A stretch of 64,000 nt of DNA from Podarcis cretensis (lineage: Eukaryota): assembly GCA_951804945.1 (NCBI GenBank), contig OX638152.1:43338001-43402000 (forward strand), read 5' to 3'. Within the stretch, counting starts at the first letter, position 1, and each line of letters begins with the position of its first letter. Under the pieces are notes generated by a model. The model ran no database searches. It was given only the letters and a program-made list of their open reading frames with translations, and had not been told where the DNA came from. The position numbers and the translations under genes are program-made. Of the stretch, positions 11,301 through 22,100 are shown piece by piece.

Positions 11301-12567
11301 GGTACCTTTACCTTTTTATAGGTACTTACAGTTGAGTTCATGGTCCCTTTAAAAGACCCGTGCTAATTCAATCTTCTACGATTATGAATCGATAAAAATC
11401 ACAATGTTTTGTAGTACCCCACCACCCTGCCGATGCTGATACACCCACCCACCCATTCCTGGCTTGTTTAACCTCAACAACACAAATACATTGAAAAGTA
11501 CAACTCCTCTAAAAAGAAACCCTGAAAAGGGAACGTACCGTCCCAGCTGTTTTGCATCAGAATCCTACCTGCTTTGCACAGCCCCTTTCATGTCAAACAC
11601 AAAGTATAATGCTGCCCCCTTGTGGTCAAAATGAAAATTTCTTCCACTACGGAGGGAATTGTTTTTTGTTATCCCACTTGGCTTTGGAAGAAATATACCA
11701 CATATCTGAATATTTTCACAATATTTCAGTTTGGGCTGAAAAGCACAACAAGCAGCTTGGAGGCAATTTCAGCATTCGTTTGTAGTTTCCCCCAAAAATG
11801 AGGCAATATCTTAATATCGTAACAAGGTTTCCAACTTGTTTTTAAACGTTACGCTCTCAGATTGGACCCCAAATTTAAGCCAATTTAAAAAGTGATTTGG
11901 TAAAACACATACTTTTGTGTTAACTGGTACAGATTACCTTTTTTTGCTCAAGTGTTGTCATTTTTATTTTTTATTATGGCAAAGGGCCTTCCAAGGTGGA
12001 AGTGGCCGAGGCCTCTCTGGACACATGAGAGATATTCCCAAGGAAGGTTTTCACTAAAACACCTTTGGCAATGTACCGTCCATCTTTAAAGCACCAGTTT
12101 GAGCCTTGCTTTTCTCTTCGCTCTCTTGAATTTGGTGCTGCTCTCTTTTTCTCTGCTAGTATTGAAAGCACAGGGATAAATATGGATGATGCTTCCTGTT
12201 TGCATCACACAACCCAGGCCACAAATGACATGTGGATGTCATACTTTTTTCCCCTGTCATGTATGTGAAACGCCTTGCATGAACTGGCCCATAGTTTCCA
12301 TGCAGCCTGAGATACCAAGGCTATGATCGAATTGTTATGGTTCTCCTTTCTAGCATTGCAGCCAAAGAAGCTCTCGAGAGCCATTTTGCAGAACAAAGCA
12401 AGCCTTCATCTCAGGAGATCATGAGGATGGCCGAGGGGCTCAATCTGGAGAAAGAAGTGGTGAGGGTCTGGTTCTGCAACAGAAGGCAAAGAGAGAAGAG
12501 AGTCAAGACCAGTTTGCACCAGAACACCTTCAGTTCCATGATTAAGGACCACCAAGAGTGCCACTAG
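1737..12567 (+). CDS. POU1F1: Pituitary-specific POU transcription factor Pit-1; join(1737-1878,6370-6435,6573-6686,8031-8273,9218-9382,9726-9786,12354-12567), 1005 nt, 334 aa
   Basis: Spliced exons give one continuous ORF: [18 protein letters not shown]..., POU-specific domain ([27 protein letters not shown]...[15 protein letters not shown]) and homeodomain (RKRRTTIS...[15 protein letters not shown]). Exon phases are compatible and the gene lies tail-to-tail with CHMP2B as in other amniotes. Confidence 0.97.
5035..5450 (-). mobile_element. Degenerate L2-like LINE 3' fragment
   Basis: TTATT-rich tail followed by sequence resembling squamate L2 3' ends; no ORF. Confidence 0.4.
6003..6228. mobile_element. 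Tc1/mariner (pogo/Tigger-like) MITE, family A
   Basis: TA|CAGTGATACCT...AGGTACCACTG; near-identical to six other copies in the window. Confidence 0.85.
6370..6435 (+). CDS. POU1F1: POU1F1 exon 2 (alpha acceptor, 66 nt)
   Basis: Acceptor ccag|GT; encodes [22 protein letters not shown]; donor CAG|GTAAGA. Confidence 0.95.
6573..6686 (+). CDS. POU1F1: POU1F1 non-mammalian exon (38 codons, bird/fish-type insert) with a GC donor
   Basis: Pyrimidine tract then ccag|GT; encodes [38 protein letters not shown]; the only frame-compatible donor is AAG|GCAAGT. Confidence 0.88.
6906..7469 (-). mobile_element. 5'-truncated non-LTR retrotransposon 3' end (RTE-X-like C-terminus)
   Basis: With the MITE removed it reads [41 protein letters not shown] (CCHC knuckle), stop at 7041, then AATAAA and a (CATT)n tail. 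Confidence 0.7.
7293..7437. mobile_element. hAT-type MITE with TTAGGG repeats (copy 2), nested in a LINE fragment
   Basis: Same TIRs; perfect 8-bp TSD ATCTGTTG (7285-7292, 7438-7445). Confidence 0.9.
8031..8273 (+). CDS. POU1F1: POU1F1 exon (243 nt), start of the POU-specific domain
   Basis: Acceptor acag|GT; encodes [16 protein letters not shown]...[24 protein letters not shown]; donor G|GTATGT. Confidence 0.96.
8306..8347. repeat. (TA)n microsatellite
   Basis: About 20 perfect TA units, 30 nt downstream of a POU1F1 donor site. Confidence 0.95.
9218..9382 (+). CDS. POU1F1: POU1F1 exon (165 nt), POU-specific domain
   Basis: Acceptor tttgcag|GT; encodes [55 protein letters not shown]; donor GAG|GTATAA. 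Confidence 0.97.
9726..9786 (+). CDS. POU1F1: POU1F1 exon (61 nt), linker and homeodomain N-terminal arm
   Basis: Acceptor ctgcag|CT; encodes [20 protein letters not shown]; donor AAG|GTAATG. Confidence 0.96.
10493..10624 (-). mobile_element. tRNA-derived SINE with CR1-like 3' end (degenerate)
   Basis: Minus strand has a tRNA-like head (box B GGTTCAAGCC) and a CR1-like tail. Confidence 0.55.
10731..10937. mobile_element. Penelope-like element terminal fragment in inverted (palindromic) arrangement with a hammerhead-like core
   Basis: Inverted arms of about 75 bp (10773-10845 vs 10860-10937); CTGAAGA...GAAAGCTC core at 10846-10875. Confidence 0.7.
10957..11316 (+). mobile_element. Sauria SINE, full length
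   Basis: tRNA-like head GGGACGCAGGTGGCGCTGTGGG...GGTTCGAATCCC; (ACCTTT)n tail; 13-bp TSD TATAGGTACTTAC. Confidence 0.92.
12354..12567 (+). CDS. POU1F1: POU1F1 last coding exon, homeodomain and stop
   Basis: Acceptor ttctag|C; encodes [57 protein letters not shown]...ECH, then TAG. Confidence 0.97.
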
Positions 12568-13227
12568 ACTTTCTTAGAGTGAAGCAGGGTTTTTAGACAG
12601 CAACACTTTGAAAACTGGACTCCCTCCTCCTTCCCCCGGAAAAGAAATGGGCGTAAATGCAGGGCATGTAATGCTTACATGTTTTACAAGTTTGTCAAGC
12701 TGAATGATAAATAATTTTAGGGATGCTTCATTTAAATACTGTGTGGTTAATACAGCCTAGTGCAGTAGCACCTTGTGCAATTTAGTAATGCCAAAATTCA
12801 AAAATAGGCAAAGCAGGAATGAAGACTGCTTGGCCTATTTTAATACCACTATCTATAGTGTTGAAGGGTGATGATGACTCCTTTGGGTGCAGAATGCAGA
12901 AGTTAGGTGGTTAGATATTCACCTTTAAAGGGTGGCCTGCTATGGTGAACACTGTTTGCATATTTTGGAGGGGTGTTCTCACACATCCAAGTGCTTTGCT
13001 TTCTTTATTTTAGGCTAAAATCTTTTACTTAGTTGTTCACTGCTGCCACCATGTAGCTAAATATCAAGTCAATTATATATCCCACCAGTAGCTAGCTATG
13101 GATCAGCGTGGTACAAAACAGCACCAGCTCCATTTCAAAGTAAAAGGCAGAGTAACTTATTATTTATTTTAAGTATAAACAGCTGAGGATCTTAGCTTGT
13201 GTAGATACTATATGTTGATCTGTACAT

Positions 13228-13861
13228 TAGGGTTACCAGATGTCCCCGTTTCCCAGGGACAGTCCCCGGATTTGCGGATAAGTCCCCAGACAAATTCCAT
13301 CCCCGGAATGTCCCCGGATTTCATCTAATGTCCCCAGGAAACACAGCAGCGGCAGTCTCAGCAACCCAGAGCAGTCGGCTCTGGCTGGCTTCAGGAGCTG
13401 CTCGGAAGTCCCCATATGATGGTGGTGCAGGTGCTCTAGGATGCAACTTCCGGGCTGCCTCTGAAAGACAGTATGAAGCCTCGCTTCCCAGCTGAGGGAT
13501 CCCCACCCCCTCCTGCTTGCACGCAAGTAGGAATGGGATTGGGGATGCTCCGATGGAAAGGGAAGCATTGCGCTGCCCGAGACTTGCTGCTGCTGCCACT
13601 CTCGGCCCTCCTTCTCCGCCTTGTATGCCTGACCCACTGCCCACTGCTTCCCCACCACCACCGAAGAACGAACAACTCAGGGGCTGCCCAGGCTCATGGA
13701 GAAAGGAGATAGAAGCCTCAGAGGAAGGGGAAACGTGGCGGTTGAGGTCAAGGCGGCAGCCACCCCTCTGCCATCGTTGCAGCATCAATGTCCCGAATAT
13801 GTAGTAATTAATTAATTAAAGTGTCCCTGGATTCATTGAAAAAAAATATCTGGTAACCTTA
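13228..13861. mobile_element. Non-autonomous hAT transposon
   Basis: TIR TAGGGTTACCAGA / TCTGGTAACCTTA; subterminal TCCCCGG repeats; 8-bp TSD CTGTACAT. Confidence 0.9.
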
Positions 13862-15135
13862 CTGTACATGGTTTATTGTTTAACTCAGAATGGTTACAGC
13901 TAAAGTTACTGCTTCTTTAAGAAGAAGAAACTGAGAGATTCAATTTATGCCCTATGGTCAGTTTCCCTGAACCACTCCAACCCAGTTAATATTCATCCAT
14001 CTAGGTGTGGAGATCTACACTTGCAGTCAAAACACCAAGGCTGCAGGCTGCATCCACATGGCTGCTCTTCAAATTTGTGCCTCCAATAATCCCTTGTCTG
14101 TTGAAACAGGCAGGTGGGGAGGGGGTTTCTGTCCCTTGTAATCTGCATTTCAGAAATTCCCTAGATCCTTAAGTCTAAGCTCCGAAACTTACATTGAGAT
14201 CCACAGACTAGAAAAACGCCATTTAACTTATACAAGCCTAATCAATTTGGACAGAGATTGAGATGGAAGGGATATTTAAAAGCCTGAGGTTATGGGGAAA
14301 TTCTGCTGACATCTATATGCTGTAGTCCTTTAATCCAAATACTCTCATTAGCACCCTAGACATTAATTGAACTAGCTAAATAAGTTACAGCATGAAGCCT
14401 TTTCCTCTGCAAGAATGAGATTTCATAGGAGGGGAGGAAAAGATGACAGGAATCAAGGGATTTCAGAGGGGGGATGAAAAAAACTGTCAGCTCCGACTGG
14501 GGCAGGCTTATCGGTGGCATTGATGAGGACTCTCCTAGTTGACAGGATCCTTAAACCTAAAAGCTCCTTAAAGCAGCTGTCGCCTAATGAGCAGTTTTAG
14601 CAAACAGTGAGGGGCCTGCTGGTTAAAATATTGCCAAGAACTTTTAATATGGGAAAGGCTTATAGAGAGGCATTATCTAACATCTGCATTCTGTACATTC
14701 ATCTTTAAAGCTACTTCACTCTACCTTTGCATTTTGAGTTTTTGCTTTATGAAGTCCAGCCAGGATTAAAAGCTTGCTGTTACCAAAAGGAAGTTGGCCC
14801 AACAAGAGGTATTCCTTAAACTACATTGGAATAAACATGGCAATTACCTCTATCCTGGCTTATACAGGGAAGCCAGTAATGTATTAGTTTAGAGGCCTCA
14901 TCCTAAAAATGAAAGGATTGTGCTAAAGCACCATGTACTATAGGGGGTCTCTAACTGGGACCTTTATTAATAAGCTAGACGCCATGTGATCCACATCTTG
15001 GAAATGACCATAGCACGGAATGGGAAACGCACATGGCTAGGTACAAACAAGCATTTGGCAATCAACAAAAAACACAATTTTTTATTTCGATGCATTTAGA
15101 TCCCCCATTCTTCTCCAAGGAGCACAAGGTAAAGT

Positions 15136-15257
15136 GATAGAATTGTAGAGTTGGGTGGGTCATTCAGTGCAACCCCCTGCAGTGCAGGAATCTGTTGCCC
15201 AACATGGATCTCAAGCCTATGACCCTGAGATTAAGAGTCTCATGCTCTATCAACTGA
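15136..15257 (-). mobile_element. tRNA-Lys-derived SINE with CR1-like tail (degenerate)
   Basis: Minus strand TCAGTTGATAGAGCATGAGACTCTTAATCTCAGGGTC resembles tRNA-Lys(CTT); followed by a CR1-type 3' end. Confidence 0.6.
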
Positions 15258-15322
15258 ATGGGTTCTCCCCATTCTCATTTAATAATGGCCTGGTTCACGT
15301 CACTTCAAACCATAGTTTAAAA

Positions 15323-15460
15323 CAGGCATAGGCAAACCCGGACCTTCAGATGTTTTGGGACTACAACTCCCATCACCCCTGACCACTGGTCCTGTTTTAG
15401 CTAGGGATGATGGGAGTTGTAGTCCCAAAACATCTGGAGGGCTGAGTTTGCCTATGCCTG
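15323..15460. mobile_element. Palindromic hAT (Charlie/URR1-like) MITE
   Basis: TIR CAGGCATAGGCAAAC; internal ACTACAACTCCCATCA hairpin; 8-bp TSD GTTTAAAA. Confidence 0.88.
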
Positions 15461-17352
15461 GTTTAAAATAATTGCGGTGGAAAACAGCATCCAGACAAGG
15501 TTAAGGGAAAGATTCTGATCATCCACCACAGGCCATTTTGACAGGAGGGTAGAGCCTTCCACTTGTCGATCCCCAGACATCACAATCACAAGGTGACCCT
15601 GTCTCTCACTCTCTCTATCACTGGACGCATGGCTTGAGTTGTGCCTGCAGAGGCAGCTGCTTTGCATCACCAACTTCAAGCCAGCATTGCAAATGAATGT
15701 GTGTGCTCATAGCAAGCTGTTTTGGAGCTTGCTATTAAGTGCCAATCCCAGCAGGCTTGCTGAAAGCGCCAATCAGCTTGTTGGTGCTGACAGCAAGGCT
15801 TGCTTGCCAAGGAACAGCGAGGAGTGCACTTTAAAGAGCTCACCTGTTCCTTTGCAGCTGTGTCTCCACACCCTGATAGTAGGTGTCATTGGGCGTGGTT
15901 CGAGGAAAACTGCTTTTCAAGCCAAATTGGGGCCTGGCAAACTTGCAGTTCTTCAGCCCTAGTTTAATGTGATGTGTGAACCACCTCAATGTGAATTAAA
16001 ACAAAAGTTGTGTTTTCTGGATATTGTTCAATGGATAAACAAGCATCAGGAATTGTTGGAAAACACAGCATCATTGCCAAGCTGCATAATGTTTATTTTG
16101 CTGTGTAATTTCTTCTGTAGTATATCAGCCAGTTTAAAACTTTCAGCATTGCATACTTATACATTTTTGTCATTTGACAGGGTGGAAGCCTAAGATAAAA
16201 CACGTTTTTGGCAAGAACAGGAATTGCAATATACATGTTTTGATATCTATCACTTCTGTTGTCCTGGTATTATTTATGTAGTGTTTTTTTCTTTCAAAAT
16301 TGCAGTACAGCTACACTTCTAGATGCTATTGAATGAATTTGATGCTCCAGCTTCCATTTTATGGTGATCAACACACTATTCAGAAATAAAATTATGCTAA
16401 GGAACCCATACTTTTAACAGCTGCATGACACACATGCATAGTAGCAGCCTTCTTCCCAAAAACAATGACAACTGTGAAGGAATTATAGCATTGAGAAACT
16501 AAAATGAAGGAGGCACTCAGTTAACTAGTACCTCATTTAGGAGGCATTCCTTCATTCCATTCCCTCCCTCAAATGTTTTTATTCAGCAACCACCATTGGC
16601 AAAACATTTTCAAGTATTGTTTGATTGTCCAGCTTTAGTTGGGCAGCATTTGTAATACTTTAACTTTCCCACTAGAGCAGAATTACTTTTTCACTGGTCA
16701 TTAGCATTAGCATAACCTTCTCTACAAAAACACAAGAATTCTTGGCTACATTTACAGTTTGAGTAATATCAAAGCTATGAATGCATATCGCTTAGTTTTC
16801 TTTATGCCTCTTTCACAGCTCAAGTCCTAATCCTCTCCTTTTCAATTCAGCAGGGCTTACTCTCAGGTAAGTGGGATTAGGGTTGCAGCCACAGCCATTC
16901 AGGGCAATCCAAACCCAAGCTGGGCAGCAGCAGAACATGATGGAGCCGTGAAGCCACCATCTCTGTGGCCCTGTCACTCATTCTGGTGGACACCTGCTGG
17001 CTACACAAGTCCTGGATTGGACTCAATGCTGCTAAGAGATGTGAGTGGGGTTGAATTGGAATCCAGTGGATCCTCAGCTGTTGCCTCACATTTAAGGTGC
17101 ATTTCAGGGCTTTCCACAGGCTACCGCTGGCAGGAAATCACAAGCAGTCCAAAAAGTAGTGTTGTCATCACCCTGCTGGCAGAACAAGGAAGAGGGAAAC
17201 CTCTGCCCGATCCAATGCACACACCCCAGTTCAGCACTTTGGGGGTTTGTATTGCATCCTTAATCACTGACTAGTGGATGCTTTTAGTATTTTTAAAAAA
17301 CTATTTTCTTAAAAAATCAAACAGAAAAATGGCACTCAAGGAGCTAAAAGCT

Positions 17353-17358
17353 TTTATT
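17353..17358 (-). terminator. Candidate CHMP2B polyadenylation signal (AATAAA); another candidate at about 18613
   Basis: TTTATT on + strand, about 1.7 kb downstream of the stop, in AT-rich 3'UTR-like sequence. Confidence 0.35.
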
Positions 17359-19051
17359 TGATTTTTACAAAATCCATAAAAAGGAGATCTTGCTGAAGGT
17401 AGCCACATAGAGTCTATTTTATGTAATTACAAAACCAAATTGTAAACCAAATTGTGTATGTGCTTGATTGCTTTGATCTTATGTTTAACCAGAAAAATCA
17501 TAATTCTATACTAAAATGAAGACCTAGGCTGCTGTTGCCTTATTCCTATGGCGTATCTTGTGAGTTGATAGTCACAGTAATTGCTTTCTTTTTCTGTTCT
17601 TCATAAACAATCAGCAGACATTTTCTTGTTAATTTACATTCTCACAATTAGTACCAGGGCCACGAAGTAGTTCAGGAACAAAAATTCCCTTTCACAACTG
17701 GCAGTAATTCACAATGTGAATTATGTTCCCTATAATACATCAAATTACCCACTGTTTAACTATATTAGGCGCAATTTTATAACCAAGTGAACCTATTTCC
17801 TTCAAATAGTCAAGCATACATAATTCCAATTAGTGTGTAACAACTGGATATAAAACAGAACAAACATACTATATGGACAATAAAGTATATTTTCAAAGGT
17901 AACACTTGTTCAATGAAAAAATGCATAGCAATATGTACAATGCTATTCAATGAAAAATATGTAATTTCAGGTGTTGGTAGTAGATTACATACTTTGTAGC
18001 AGCGGTTGCAGTTGAGTTCACATAACTCTTTCAGTGCTATGTAAGTTGAGATAATGGCTTTAACATTACATTATTTCCACAATTCTAAGCTTAATTAAAA
18101 TAAACCAAACACGATGGGCAACATCCAATGATGTTCACCTCCTTGTGCAATGGAAATCCACTTGTGCAACTGAACTTCCTGCTTCTCTTTTCACCCTCTA
18201 GCCCCCTTGTGCACCCCAGAACAGATTTTGGGGGCACACAGGAGGCTGCAGGGAGAGTAAGGGAAAGGAGGAACCTCAGTGCACGAAGATCTCACCCTAT
18301 GTACACAAAGGCACAGAATTCCTTCAAGTTAGCTGTGTTACAGTACAATGGAAGTTATTTAGTACGTTCCTTACAAACCATTTTCCTAGCATAACATATC
18401 ATTAGACCACAACCTTGATTCAAAGAAGATAATTATATATCAGTATTGTTCTAAAATCTTGGGACTATATTAGAAATGTATATTTTAAAACAAGGCTGAA
18501 TCAAAAATGATTTCCTAGAAAGGCGCTTAATGAAAAACCCACTATACTTTTAAATACATCTTCTGCTTGAAGAATACAATAGCCACCTTCCAAATGAAAG
18601 AAAAAGTGAGGTTTTATTTAATACCATAAATTAAGAAGTCTCTTGGTGTGCTTGCAACAGAAACGTAAATGAAATGCCTCCAGAAAGGCTGCTTGCAATA
18701 GCCTCAGAAAGGTTAGAAACCTGAATGAAAAATGGAGTGTTGGTGCTTTTTGGAGAAAAAGCTAATTGTACCCAATCCAAATTTAGATCATGTGTAACGG
18801 TTGCTCCTGTTTACAGCAGAATCCAATTTGGTCAAATGTATACACAATCTGCATTATTTGCATGTTGTGATGTTCTGTCTCAACTGATTCCAACTAATTG
18901 TTCCAGCTGCTTCTAGAATTCATTGTCACCAAAGATGGCTCAGGCAAGATCTTGCAAAGGAATTTGGTTTTTATTGATACTGGTCTTGCACATTCATGTG
19001 CATGCCAGCACTGGAGCAATTGCAGAAGGCAGGCTGCTCGTCACCATGGGG

Positions 19052-19165
19052 TTAATCTACTCCCAGGGCTTTGAGCTGCCGTTCAATCTCTTCATCAGAA
19101 ATTGTGGCACTTTTGGATGCTGATGCAGATGGCATGCCTCTGGCAGCTGAAGGAGCCTTGGCCAT
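19052..19165 (-). CDS. CHMP2B: CHMP2B exon 6 (C-terminal VPS4-binding MIM helix)
   Basis: Encodes MAKAPSAARGMPSASASKSATISDEEIERQLKALGVD, then TAA. Confidence 0.95.
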   Translation of the reverse strand: MAKAPSAARGMPSASASKSATISDEEIERQLKALGVD

Positions 19166-22100
19166 CTATTAGAAAGAAAAATGAGTAAAAGTTACATTTA
19201 GGCAAGCAAGATGAGACACAGTAATCAAAACGATAGAACACAGAGACAAAAAGGAAGGCACTACAAAAGTCAATAAAAATGTAAGGACGGGGGCAGATTA
19301 CTTTCCAAGAGCAATGGGAAATAATTTCTTCATACCTTTCCAGATATTTCAATACCAATTTCATCCAGGACTTGGTTCACAATATCCTGACTTTCCTGTT
19401 CTTCATCAGAATCATTGAAAATATCATCCAGGGTATCATTGACTTAAAGACAAAGGAAAACAAAAGCTTCATTAGAACTGTAATAGTACAGTTCTAGTAC
19501 AGTGGTCTTTCATACCACTTTTACACCCCAGCACACATTAACAGCTTTATTTTGAAGAAAAGTGAAAGAAAATAATGTAAGCAATAATATATGTGGGTTT
19601 ATACTGTTATACTGCTGTTTAAATGTGATTTTGGCCCTCAAGGCAGCTTACAACTTTAAACATATACAATACAAAAAAATGGCCAAAAAGCAAATCCATT
19701 AGCAGGGAGAATTTATAATTTTACAAAGCTAGCTCTGAAAGCCAATGTGCTTTTTAGTTGGGGATTTAATGCTCGTTTGACCATGAATGCTCCCAAAATA
19801 AGCCAAGCTATTTCCCCCAAAGTCAAAAAATAGCTTGGCTATTTGTGACAATTTCACTAATGTTCCCTATTCTCCTGCAACCCACCAAGCTCCCTTCCAT
19901 CCCACCAACCTTCACCTGCCCCAGCAGTAGTAATAAAACCATCTGTGTACTGTCAGGAATAACGGAAGTTAACAGGCCTCCACAATCCTTGGCTTGTTTC
20001 CCAATATTTAGCATCACCAGCAGACACCCTAGTCAGCAAATCAGGACATCAAAGCCATGATTTGAACCTGGTTTCTTTTTAACAATCATAGCTTGAACCA
20101 GCCACGGTTTCCAGATCTTAATGTACTTCTAAAGTAAGAGCACAGCCTTCTATTGTATGTGAAGATATCATGAAGAGTGAAGAATGAAAGCATAAGCTTG
20201 TGTAGGTTAAACCATGGGTTTGAATTGAATCCGAATCAAACATTTAAAAAAAATTCTGTACTGGCAGATAAGCACTTACGAGGGGGCACAATAGACTTGC
20301 ATCAGCATGCCATCACTAGTATGCACATTGTACTCAGGCATCCAGCTAAGACAGTGTCATGGTGCAACAAGATATGGCTTTGTTATGGTGCTGGGAATAG
20401 CAGCCATTGCTAGTGCAGCATAGCAACTTCACACAGTGTTATTCTAACATAAAGGTGGGGCGAGAACAACCCAAGAATTGTCAGTTTCCCCATTCCATTA
20501 TCCTCAAAGGATTCTGGCTTCCAGAGAATCAGCCATGTGAAAAACCAAGTTACCTATTTTACATATTGTGGATATCTACATTATGATATTGGATCAGGCA
20601 GAGCACAGCTGGAAAGATTTACCTCACACAAGACTATGGAATAGTTTGCGGAAAGCAGCTCTTTGTGCTATTAAAGCAGTTTCATTTTTAAGGTTGCAGT
20701 TTTGATAGCGTAATTGGGACAATGTCCCCCATGATGTATGTATATTCTGCACCTAATGGTTCACTTTTTAGGTGTGGGATTTCACTTAAAAAGCAGCACT
20801 GGTTAATGTTTCAGCAATGTATTGCGTCATATGTCCTCCTGAAATCTGAATAGGCTGAGCAGGCCAAGGCTTTAGTGTTCCACATGGCTCTTCCCATGAC
20901 ATTAACATTGCCCCTCTATTTCTGGCCATCCATTTTCATGTTTCCTTGCTTCTATTATCGAAGTAATAAGGAAGTAATAAGGAAGACTATGAAAATGGAT
21001 GTTCCTACAATTAATAATTTCAACAAATGTAGGTTAAGCACAAGCTCATGAACCAATTATTAGCTTGATTTGGTGGTCTTGCCAACCCAACAAGGAAGCA
21101 GGGAACAGTTTTAATCATTGTATGGAAAAGCATAACTTACTCATTTCTTCAGTCATTTCCATTTTCATGTTTTCTTTCTGGAAGTTCTGCATAGTTTGCA
21201 GTGTCTTTTGTGGATCCATCTTTTTATTAACAGCTTGCATTGTCTAGCAATAAACAATAACCTTTATGAATACAGTATATACCAACATACCAACATACAG
21301 TACAGTAAAACTGCTGAACACATCATCATAATATTTAAATACTTTTAAGGTGTTAGAAGAAAATAAATTCCAAGGAATACGAGTTCCCATGTAATGTCGG
21401 GTATACAACTAAATCTTTAGTCTTTGCGCATCTAGAACTTTCAGAAAAAGAGTAGAATGCACTATTGCGTAGCAGTCAGTTCTTCTGTAAGTCCATCTGA
21501 TGTATACATTTTCCAAAATCTAATCTGCTGGTGGGTCTTCCTGATATTGACCTGGTTTGGATGTAATACCAAATTATAATTTAGCATTACATTAACAAAA
21601 TCTCAGCTGGTGTTCTTCTCCCTCCAGTGCTGCCTTCATTTGTTTTCAATTAACTGCAGGTCAGCGTCAAATTCAAATCCTAAACTCTGCTTAATATTAA
21701 TTATGGTTTTATTGGAACAATCATACAACCTGATTTAGAATTGGCTTGTTTCTGTGAGCTATAGTTAAGACCATCAACAGTTTGTTTAAAATGGAAGTGA
21801 AAGCTTCTACCATGGCTGTGCCAGATAAGGGAAGGAGGGAGGCATGGGATGAGTCACATCGTTCATGTAACACTAAGGTATTGTTTATCATTATGGCTGA
21901 ACACAGCTATTGTGAGAAGGGTGAACCCTGTATGATTGGCGTAAAACCTCTACTCTTATGCCTACACAACTTATAAAACTTTATCCTTCATCAAGCATGT
22001 AGTAAACCACTTGCCTCACATGAAGCTGACTTATATCAAGTCAGGCCATTAGTGTATCTACCCCAGCACTGCCTATTTTGACTAGCAGTCAGGCAGTGGA

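Noticed and set aside
13233-13804. Several overlapping 80-155 aa ORFs
   Set aside because: All lie within the GC-rich non-autonomous hAT element, with no transposase or other recognisable motif.
15190-15257. tRNA-Lys-like sequence (also tRNA-like heads at 10957, 49567, 58205)
   Set aside because: The cloverleafs are degenerate and joined to SINE bodies and tails, so these are SINE heads rather than tRNA genes.
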